A stretch of 64,000 nucleotides of DNA from an uncultured Caldisericota bacterium (GTDB lineage: Bacteria > Caldisericota > Caldisericia > B22-G15), in contig CAZXJJ010000006.1 of assembly GCA_964640995.1 (NCBI GenBank), positions 1,964 to 65,963 of the forward strand, given 5' to 3'. Below, one piece after another: positions 56,557 to 64,000 of this stretch. Within the stretch, counting starts at the first letter, position 1; the number at the start of each line of letters is the position of its first letter. Made by a program: the position numbers and the translations under genes. Under the pieces are notes generated by a model. That model had not been told where the DNA came from and ran no database searches. It was given only the letters and a program-made list of their open reading frames with translations.

Positions 56557-57001
56557 TTTTCATGTAATTAAAAAGGGAATTCCAATGTATATTGGAGGAG
56601 TCTTAATTAATAACGATTTTGGTTTTTCGAGTAATACAGATGGAGATATTTTAATACATTCAATTGTTGATGCAATTCTCGGAGCAATGGGAGAAAAAGA
56701 TATTGGTGAAATTTTTGATGATAAATGGAAGGGAAAAAGAAGTACAGAAATACTTAAAACTACAATAGATCTAATGACTAAAAAAAATTTTGAAATTGTA
56801 AATATTGATTCAGTTATTATACTTGAAAAACCTAAATTAAGTGATTTTAAAGAGATAGTTACAAAAAATTTATCTGAAATTATGAAAATAGATAAAGAAA
56901 AGATAAATATTAAAGGGAAAACAATGGAAAATATTGGATTGATAGGTAAACAGAAGGGCGGAGCATCTTTTTCAGTTGTATTATTAAAAGAAAAATTTTA
57001 A
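56534..57001 (+). CDS. ispF: 2-C-methyl-D-erythritol 2,4-cyclodiphosphate synthase
   Basis: ..IGIGFDFHVIKKG..., ..SNTDGDILIHSIVDAILGAMGEKDIGEIF.. (zinc ligands D, H, H). Confidence 0.9.
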   Translation: MKIGIGFDFHVIKKGIPMYIGGVLINNDFGFSSNTDGDILIHSIVDAILGAMGEKDIGEIFDDKWKGKRSTEILKTTIDLMTKKNFEIVNIDSVIILEKPKLSDFKEIVTKNLSEIMKIDKEKINIKGKTMENIGLIGKQKGGASFSVVLLKEKF

Positions 57002-58692
57002 GTATCTCTTTTGATTTTTAAAAATCTTTGTAATTCATAATAATCATATGTGTTTATGATCCTTTTTTCATCAATTAATGCTCTTTTTGCAATGTTTATC
57101 CCAAAGTTTTTAATAAAACTTAACTGAGGAGAAACATGTGCATCAGAATTGATTGTAAATAATATATTATATTTATTGGCCTCAAAAGATAAAGAAGAGG
57201 ATAAATCTAATCTATCTAATGTTGAGTTAATTTCAAGAAAGGTTTTTGTTTTCTCTGCTTCGATAAAAAATCTTTTCCAATCTATGTCCATCTCTTTTCT
57301 CTCGCCAATTTTTCTTCCACTCGGATGTGCAATGATAGTAATATATGGATTATTCATAGCATTTATATACCTTTTCATGTTTACCTCTTTTGTTTCATTG
57401 AAATTAAAATGGATAGAACCAATTACATAATCAAGTTCCTTTAAAATATCTTCATCTACATCAACCGACCCATCTATTCTTATGTTTGCTTCAACTCCGA
57501 AAAGAATTTTAATATTTGGAAACAATCTTTCGACTTTTTTAATTTCGAGTCTTTCTTCTAAAATTCTTTCTCTTTTCATACCTTTTGCTACTTTCAGGTC
57601 TTCTGTGTGATCTGTTATGCCTATGTATTTATATCCCATCTCAGAAGCTTCTTTAACAATTTCATAAATTGATGATATACCATCTGAAAAATTTGAATGT
57701 ATATGAAGATCACCTTTTATTGAATATTCTAAAGATAATTTATCTTTTAATTCAATATAAAGTTCCCAATTATCTCTAAATTCTGGTGCTACAAATGGTA
57801 AAGAAAAAAGAAAAAATATCTCTTTTTCTGTTAAATTTTCTATTTTTAGGAATCCTGTCACAGATTCAATAATGTTATATTGTTTTGCTTTTTCTTTGAG
57901 AAATATATTAAAACTTTTTGGTCCAGTAAAATAGAGCAAAGATGAACCCAAATATTTTTCTGGAACAAAATTTATTATGATTTCTAACTCAGAATAAAAT
58001 GTTTTAAATTTGATAAAATTATCTTTTTTATCTATTAGGATAAAATCGCTAGTATTTTTCAAAATTTCATAAATATTGTTAAATGAAGAATTTTCTGTTA
58101 CAAGATTTATATTTTTTATTATATCTTTTTTTCTTCTCAAACTTCCAGCAAGAAATATTTCATAGTTACAAAATTTTTCTAATTTATCTTTTATAAAATT
58201 ATAGAGAGAAAGTCCGAGGGAGTAAGAGAATTCATTTTGTAATTTGTTGTATGCATTTAGATTTTTGTTAATTAACTCCTCTCCTTTTATTCCTATTTCT
58301 TTAATATTTCTTAATTTTTTTTCCTTTATGGCAATTTTAAGGTCATTTATATCAACAATGTTTAATTCTTTATATAAAATATTTGCTAATCTATTACCTA
58401 TTCCGGGAATTTTTGTTAATTTTATGAGAGATTTTGGAATCTCTTTTAGAAGAGTTTCTATCTCTTCGCATCTTCCATTGTAAACAAGTTCTCTTAAAAT
58501 TTTTCTTATATATTCTTTTTCTACAAAATATTTTTCAAAAAGCACGATATTATCTTTGTTTAAATCAAAATTTAATGATTGAATTGTATCTGCTACTATT
58601 TTAAGTTCTGTTATAACTCTTTTGCTGACATTTTTAAATTTAAGAGCATCAATATAATCTATAAGTTTATTTAAAATTATAAAGTTATTCAA
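56998..58692 (-). CDS. polX: DNA polymerase X family protein with C-terminal PHP phosphoesterase domain
   Basis: HhH motifs (..LTKIPGIGNRLANILYKEL..), Pol-beta-like nucleotidyltransferase core (..IFLAGSLRRKKDIIKNINLV..), and PHP domain (..DLHIHSNFSDGISSIYEIVKEASEMGYKYIGITDHTE..). Confidence 0.85.
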   Translation of the reverse strand: MNNFIILNKLIDYIDALKFKNVSKRVITELKIVADTIQSLNFDLNKDNIVLFEKYFVEKEYIRKILRELVYNGRCEEIETLLKEIPKSLIKLTKIPGIGNRLANILYKELNIVDINDLKIAIKEKKLRNIKEIGIKGEELINKNLNAYNKLQNEFSYSLGLSLYNFIKDKLEKFCNYEIFLAGSLRRKKDIIKNINLVTENSSFNNIYEILKNTSDFILIDKKDNFIKFKTFYSELEIIINFVPEKYLGSSLLYFTGPKSFNIFLKEKAKQYNIIESVTGFLKIENLTEKEIFFLFSLPFVAPEFRDNWELYIELKDKLSLEYSIKGDLHIHSNFSDGISSIYEIVKEASEMGYKYIGITDHTEDLKVAKGMKRERILEERLEIKKVERLFPNIKILFGVEANIRIDGSVDVDEDILKELDYVIGSIHFNFNETKEVNMKRYINAMNNPYITIIAHPSGRKIGERKEMDIDWKRFFIEAEKTKTFLEINSTLDRLDLSSSLSFEANKYNILFTINSDAHVSPQLSFIKNFGINIAKRALIDEKRIINTYDYYELQRFLKIKRDT

Positions 58693-61108
58693 TCTTTTTC
58701 CTTATAAAACCACCAAGTTCTTTCTCTATTCTTTTTTCTATTTTTTCAATTATAACTCTTATATCATTATCAGTAAGAGTTTTTTCAATGCTTGTAAAAA
58801 CTAAATTTATTGCATAACTTTTTTTATCTATGCCAATTTTTTCATCTTCATAAATATCAAATAGGGTAAATTTGCTTAAAAGATTTTTTGACTCATCTTT
58901 TATTATTTTTAATAGTTCATAAAATTTAATATCTTTAGGTAAAACAATTGATAGATCAAAAGTCAAATTAGGAAATTTTGAAATTTCTCTAAATTCCTTT
59001 TTTATTGATATGTATTTTTTAAGTTTATCTAACTCAATTCTTAATAAATAAATTTTCTCCTTTATATCAAATTTTTCATTTAATTCTTCATTAAGTTCAC
59101 CTATTTCACCAACTATTTCATTGTTAATGAATATTTTTCCATACCTTGTTGGATGAAAAACATTTGTATTATTATCATTTAATACACAATACTCATATAT
59201 ATTAAATTCAGAAAATAATTTTTCAAGGATTCCTTTTAAGTGATAAAAAGTGTAAGGTCTATCTTTTTCTAGCCAATATTTTTCTATAATTTTTCCTGTA
59301 AATCCTACGATTAACTCTTCTTCCTCAATATAGTTATCTTCTTTTTCATAATAAACTTTTCCTATTTCAAAAACACCTATATTTTTATTACCAACACTTA
59401 TATTTTTTTGTATAACTTTCAATAAAGTTGGTAAGAGTTGTGTTCTTAATACATTTTGATCTTGTCTTAAAGGATTTATAAGTTCTATTGGAGTTCTGTC
59501 AAAGCCAAAATTCATTAGATACTCTTTTTCCACAAGTGATAATGTAACTATCTCATTTAATCCAAGAGATATTAATATTTGTGAAATTTTATCTTTATAT
59601 TTAATATCAAAAGTATCAATATATGGATCAATTTTTATATATGGAATTGTTGGAGAAATTTTTTCAATTCCATAATATCTAACTATTTCCTCAATAAGAT
59701 CAATCTCTGTTTTAACATCTGGTCTAAAACTTTCTGGAATAAAAACTGAATAATTATCTTTTTTCTCTAATTGTTTAAAACCACCTTTTTTTAAAATTTC
59801 CTCTATTTCATTATCTTTTAGATTAAATCCAATTATTTTTCTTGCTCTATCAAACCTTAATTTTATAGGCTCAATTTTTAATGGTGTTGGATATATATCA
59901 ATTGGTTTATAGATTTCTTTACCTTTAAAATTTATTGCTGATGAAAATCCAATTATGAGGGTTCTATTTATATCAACCCCTTTTTCAAATCTCGAACTTG
60001 CCTCAGTATCTATTTTAAGTTTCCTTTTTGTTCTTGATATTGATGTTGGATCAAAATAAGCTGATTCAAGAAGAATATTCTTTGTTTCAAAACCCACCTC
60101 TGTGTCTTTTCCACCTATAACTCCTGCTATAGCAATAGGTTTTTCATCATCGCATATTAAAAGCATTCCTTCTTCGAGCTCCCTTTCTTTTCCATCTAAG
60201 GTTATAATTTTTTCTCCTTTTTTGGCTTCTCTTACAACAATTTTTTTAGATAATTTATCAAGGTCAAAAGCATGAAGTGGTTGACCATATTCAAACATAA
60301 AAACATTTGTGGTATCAACAATATTATTAACAGGCCTCTGTTCAATAGATAAAAGCTTTCTTAAATTCGATAAATTTGATTTTTTTACATCAACTTCTTT
60401 AACAATTACTCCAACATATCTTGGGCATAAAAATCTATTTTTTATCTCAATTTCGAAATTACTTTCAGGCAAATTTTCATAATCAACAATCAACTCTTTA
60501 TCTTTTTTAAATTTTCCAATTCCAAATCTTTCAAATTCTTTTGCTAATCCATATAAAGAGAGAACATCTCCTCTATTAAGAGTTTTTATTTCAAATATAC
60601 AATCATTTAGCCACAAAACTTCAATTAAATCTTTATCTAAAGGTGTATCCTCAGGTAATATAAATATACCTTCTTTGTAAATGTCTGATAGGGATGATTC
60701 TTCTATTCCAATTTCATCATATGATAAAAGAAGAACCTCTGATGTGTATTCTACAATTTGTATTGATTTTACATTCATTAATTCCCTTGTTTTTTCACCA
60801 TTTTTTATGTAGTGTTTATATACAACTCCGCCTGGTAAAGAAAAAGGCACAATTAAATTTGGTTTTAAATTTTTTGCACCAGTTACTGATTTAAATATTT
60901 GTCCTTTAAATTCAATAGAACAAAGTGATAGATTTTCATTTATTTTTTTGATTTCTTTTACTTTCCCAGTATAGCAATTTTTGAGTGGACTCTCTTTTTT
61001 TATAATTTCTTCTATTTCAAGACCTCTATAAATTGTTATCTCTTTGATTTTTTCAATTTCTTCTGTTAACTCAACAAATTCATTCAACCAATTCAATGAA
61101 ACTTTCAT
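58685..61108 (-). CDS. pheT: Phenylalanyl-tRNA synthetase beta subunit
   Basis: MKVSLNWLNEFVELTEE... canonical PheT start, then B3/4, B5, catalytic-like and anticodon-binding domains. 807 aa. Confidence 0.92.
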   Translation of the reverse strand: MKVSLNWLNEFVELTEEIEKIKEITIYRGLEIEEIIKKESPLKNCYTGKVKEIKKINENLSLCSIEFKGQIFKSVTGAKNLKPNLIVPFSLPGGVVYKHYIKNGEKTRELMNVKSIQIVEYTSEVLLLSYDEIGIEESSLSDIYKEGIFILPEDTPLDKDLIEVLWLNDCIFEIKTLNRGDVLSLYGLAKEFERFGIGKFKKDKELIVDYENLPESNFEIEIKNRFLCPRYVGVIVKEVDVKKSNLSNLRKLLSIEQRPVNNIVDTTNVFMFEYGQPLHAFDLDKLSKKIVVREAKKGEKIITLDGKERELEEGMLLICDDEKPIAIAGVIGGKDTEVGFETKNILLESAYFDPTSISRTKRKLKIDTEASSRFEKGVDINRTLIIGFSSAINFKGKEIYKPIDIYPTPLKIEPIKLRFDRARKIIGFNLKDNEIEEILKKGGFKQLEKKDNYSVFIPESFRPDVKTEIDLIEEIVRYYGIEKISPTIPYIKIDPYIDTFDIKYKDKISQILISLGLNEIVTLSLVEKEYLMNFGFDRTPIELINPLRQDQNVLRTQLLPTLLKVIQKNISVGNKNIGVFEIGKVYYEKEDNYIEEEELIVGFTGKIIEKYWLEKDRPYTFYHLKGILEKLFSEFNIYEYCVLNDNNTNVFHPTRYGKIFINNEIVGEIGELNEELNEKFDIKEKIYLLRIELDKLKKYISIKKEFREISKFPNLTFDLSIVLPKDIKFYELLKIIKDESKNLLSKFTLFDIYEDEKIGIDKKSYAINLVFTSIEKTLTDNDIRVIIEKIEKRIEKELGGFIRKKIE

Positions 61109-61119
61109 CTTTAGTCTCC

Positions 61120-62142
61120 TTAAAATTCATTAAGAAATCTTAAATCATTTTCATAAAAATATCTGATATCAGAAATTCCATATTTTATCATTGCTACTCT
61201 TTCTACTCCTAAACCAAATGCAAAACCCTGCCATATTTCTGGGTCAATATTTACATTTTTTAAAACATCAGGATGAACCATGCCTGCTCCTAATATTTCA
61301 ACATATCCAGTGTATTTACAAACAGAACAACCATTACCTCCACATAAACTACATGTTGCCGCAACTTCAAGGCCTGGTTCAACAAATGGAAAATATGAAA
61401 TATAAAATTTTGTTTGTGTTTTCTCTCCAAAAATTTTCTTCGCAAATAGATCAATAATTCCCATTAAATCAGAAAGAGTTATATCTTTATCAATCATCAA
61501 TCCTTCAACTTGATGAAATATAGGTGAGTGAGATGCGTCAAAAGGATCTCTTCTGAAACACTTTCCAGGGGAAATAATTCTTATAGGTGGTTTAATTTTT
61601 TCCATAGTTCTAACTTGGACAGGCGATGTGTGTGTTCTTAAAAGAAGACCATTTGGTAGATAAAATGTATCCCACATATCTCTTGATGGGTGAAATTTTG
61701 GAATGTTTAGAGCTTCAAAATTATAATATTCATTCTCAATTTCAGGACCAAATGATAAATGAAAACCCATGCGCATATAAATTTCAACTATTTCATTTTC
61801 GACTGTCTTTAAAATATGTTTTTTACCTAAAACATATGGAAAACCAGGTAGAGTTTCATCAATTTTTTCATCTTGAATTCTTTTTTCTTTTATTTGCTTT
61901 ATTAATTCATTTTCTTTTCTTTTTAACTCTTTTTCTATTTCTTCTTTTAAAATATTTATTAATTCTCCAAATTTCTTTTTTTCCTCTATTTCATCAATTG
62001 TTTTTAGTTTTTCCATTAAATTTTTAATAATACCCTTTTTACCAAGAAATTTAACCCTTACTTTTTCTAGATCTTCTATATTTAAACTTTTATCTAAATC
62101 AAAAAAAAGTTCTTTTAAGATTTCATCCTTCTTTAAATCCAT
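61120..62142 (-). CDS. pheS: Phenylalanyl-tRNA synthetase alpha subunit
   Basis: Class II motifs ..FRRDPFDASHSPIFHQVEG.., ..FPFVEPGLEV..., ..GAGMVHPDVL.., ..AFGLGVERVAM.. Confidence 0.92.
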   Translation of the reverse strand: MDLKKDEILKELFFDLDKSLNIEDLEKVRVKFLGKKGIIKNLMEKLKTIDEIEEKKKFGELINILKEEIEKELKRKENELIKQIKEKRIQDEKIDETLPGFPYVLGKKHILKTVENEIVEIYMRMGFHLSFGPEIENEYYNFEALNIPKFHPSRDMWDTFYLPNGLLLRTHTSPVQVRTMEKIKPPIRIISPGKCFRRDPFDASHSPIFHQVEGLMIDKDITLSDLMGIIDLFAKKIFGEKTQTKFYISYFPFVEPGLEVAATCSLCGGNGCSVCKYTGYVEILGAGMVHPDVLKNVNIDPEIWQGFAFGLGVERVAMIKYGISDIRYFYENDLRFLNEF

Positions 62143-62165
62143 TTTTTATCTCCTTAAAACAATGT

Positions 62166-62195
62166 TTGCATTTATTATAACTAAAAGTGTATAAT
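62166..62195 (+). promoter_or_regulatory. Candidate promoter TTGCAT-N18-TATAAT for the downstream + strand membrane-protein gene (in the pheS divergent region)
   Basis: TTGCAT 62166-62171 and TATAAT 62190-62195. The ATG at 62203 lies only 7 nt past the -10 element with no SD, which is compatible with a leaderless transcript. Confidence 0.35.
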
Positions 62196-62202
62196 ATTTT
62201 CA

Positions 62203-63246
62203 ATGGAAGAAAGGAAGATCAATTTTAAATCTATCGCTAAAAATATTCTTATTTCATTCATATTGACAATTCTTGCTATTTTTATAATTGTTATATTATC
62301 TAAAGGTGAAGGATTTTTTGGAATATTCTTTGAAATAAAACCCTTTTATCTAATACTCGCTTTTATAATTGTTGGATTATCTTGGATTTTAGAATCAATT
62401 ATAATTCTATTAAATTTGAAGTTAGTTAACAAGAATATTTCTTTAAGAGAGGCAATAAATCTTGCTGTCATTGGCAATTTCTTTTCAGCTGTAACTCCAT
62501 TTCAAACAGGTGGACAACCTTTTCAAATGTATTTATTAAATAAAAATTTTAATGTTGAATATGGCAAAAGCGCTCTTATTTTCTTAATAAAAGAAATATT
62601 AGCGTTTATTGTAAGAATAAGTCTATTTGTTGCAATTCCGATTTTCATAACCTTTTTTAAATTTGAATTTCATTTAAGCCAAGGAGTAAATTTAGCCTTA
62701 AATATAGGACTATTATTCTATTTTATTATTTCATTGTTAATTGTTCTTGCAATTTTTAAACCTAAAAAATTGGCACTATTTATAGAAAAAATAGTCATAA
62801 AGTTATTTCCTCCTAAAACTTCAGAGAAAATTGTTGAAGAGATTGAAAAAAACATACATTTATTTGAAGAGGGTAAAAAGAATATTAATAAAAATAACTT
62901 AAAAAATCTTTTTGTTATTTTTATATTGAGTTTACTTCAGTGGCTTTCATCGCTTTTTTTACCAGTTATCTTGTTAAAAGGTCTTGGATCTAATTCTCCT
63001 GTTCTATCTATAATCTTTGTAACAGTTATTTTTCTATTATCTGTTGTTTATATACCAACACCAGGTACATCTGGTGCAGCAGAACTTGGCATAGCATTTT
63101 TATTCTCATCATTTTTGCCAAGGCAACCTTTAATCGCTTTTATTTTGCTTTGGAGATTTTTCTATTATTATTTGACCATAATTGTTGGAGGAATTTTTTT
63201 ATTAAGAGAGGTTTTTAGTAGAAGAAAAAGCAAAAGAAAATCATAA
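62203..63246 (+). CDS. Integral membrane protein of the lysylphosphatidylglycerol-synthase-TM/UPF0104 (flippase-like) family
   Basis: 347 aa with about 8 TM helices and a basic C-terminal tail. Overall topology and motifs (..FFSAVTPFQTGGQPFQMYLL.., ..IPTPGTSGAAELG..) resemble the MprF N-domain-like PF03706 family. Family-level call. Confidence 0.5.
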   Translation: MEERKINFKSIAKNILISFILTILAIFIIVILSKGEGFFGIFFEIKPFYLILAFIIVGLSWILESIIILLNLKLVNKNISLREAINLAVIGNFFSAVTPFQTGGQPFQMYLLNKNFNVEYGKSALIFLIKEILAFIVRISLFVAIPIFITFFKFEFHLSQGVNLALNIGLLFYFIISLLIVLAIFKPKKLALFIEKIVIKLFPPKTSEKIVEEIEKNIHLFEEGKKNINKNNLKNLFVIFILSLLQWLSSLFLPVILLKGLGSNSPVLSIIFVTVIFLLSVVYIPTPGTSGAAELGIAFLFSSFLPRQPLIAFILLWRFFYYYLTIIVGGIFLLREVFSRRKSKRKS

Positions 63247-64000
63247 AGCTTTTTCTATTTCTCCTCCTCCTAAAACAATGTCTTCGAAATAAAAAACTGC
63301 CGATTGACCAGGTGTTATTGCAAATTCCTTTTCTTTAAGATAAACAAGAAGATAATCATTATTAAATTCTAATTCACAACCTAACTCTTTTCCTTTATAT
63401 CTTGTTTTAACTTTTATATTTTTAATCTCTTTTAAATAATTTAAATCAACAAGCCAATTTAAATTTTTTACACGAAGTTTATCTTTTAAAGTATATTTTC
63501 TCTCACCAACATACACTATGTTATTTTCACTATCAATGTCTACTACATATAATGGCTCTCTCCATGATATATTTAAACCGCTTCTTTGACCAATTGTGTA
63601 AAAATAATAACCCTTATGCTCACCCAAAACTCTACCATCGACATGTAATATCTTTCCTCTTTTTTCTCCAAACATTTCCATTAAAAAGGAATTTTTGTCC
63701 TTTTTTATAAAGCATAAATCTTGACTCTCATCTGGAATATCTCTATAAATATTTAATTTTTTGAACTCATCTATTACATCCTTTTTATAATATTCACCTA
63801 ATGGAAAATAAATTTTATTAAAATGCTCTTTTTTTAATCTATATAACATATATGATTGATCTTTATCTTTATCCAAACCCTTTTTTAAATATAAATTGCC
63901 ATTATCTTCAACAATTCTTGCATAGTGTCCTGTAGCAATATAGTCATTCTCATTTAATAAACTTTCAAACAATAATTTAAATTTAACTTTTTCATTACAT
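63241..64000 (-). CDS. mnmA: tRNA-specific 2-thiouridylase MnmA, C-terminal two-thirds (N-terminus beyond window end)
   Basis: ..DYIATGHYARI.., ..DQSYMLYRL.., ..ESQDLCFI.., and C-terminal beta-barrel ..ITPGQSAVFY.. The reverse frame stays open to the window end. Confidence 0.85.
   Translation of the reverse strand, partial: CNEKVKFKLLFESLLNENDYIATGHYARIVEDNGNLYLKKGLDKDKDQSYMLYRLKKEHFNKIYFPLGEYYKKDVIDEFKKLNIYRDIPDESQDLCFIKKDKNSFLMEMFGEKRGKILHVDGRVLGEHKGYYFYTIGQRSGLNISWREPLYVVDIDSENNIVYVGERKYTLKDKLRVKNLNWLVDLNYLKEIKNIKVKTRYKGKELGCELEFNNDYLLVYLKEKEFAITPGQSAVFYFEDIVLGGGEIEKAL

Overview
AT-rich (roughly 30% GC), gene-dense 64-kb chromosomal window with a Firmicutes-like gene order, and no CRISPR array, IS element or prophage is visible. 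The + strand opens with rplA(3' part)-L10 leader-rplJ-rplL-terminator-rpoB-[EF-G paralog]-rpoC. After that come a 6-tRNA operon, ppiC-type PPIase, tig, two convergent tRNAs, gltX-cysS-rlmB, a large NHL/cohesin surface protein, tRNA-Ala(GGC)-leuS, rpmF-plsX-rnc, lepA-hemW-hrcA-rsmE-mtaB-rpsU-phoH-pgpH-ybeY-dgkA-cdd, tpiA-deoC-recO, pyk, polA-coaE, a second gltX, mcsA-mcsB-radA-yacL-ispD-ispF, polX, pheST and mnmA(partial). The most unusual feature is a full-length EF-G paralog inserted between rpoB and rpoC and translationally coupled to both. It keeps the P-loop GKT and the ribosome-contacting domain IV tip, but its G motifs diverge from EF-G throughout, including replacement of the catalytic histidine (DTPGH to DTPGY). 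Other points of note: phoH has a conserved N-terminal domain with no ATG/GTG/TTG start (probable ATA/ATT initiation). An rpsU gene is missing from the ORF track. gltX is duplicated, with one copy at each half of a split Firmicutes ctsR-radA-ispDF-gltX-cysS cluster. mcsA-mcsB lack an adjacent clpC, hrcA lacks an adjacent dnaK operon, and plsX-rnc has no fab or acpP genes between them. Three secreted proteins share tandem copper-amine-oxidase-N-like domains and cohesin-like domains. A perfect consensus promoter drives a tRNA that sits inside the leuS leader. All calls come from reading the sequence and the supplied translations by eye; no searches were run.
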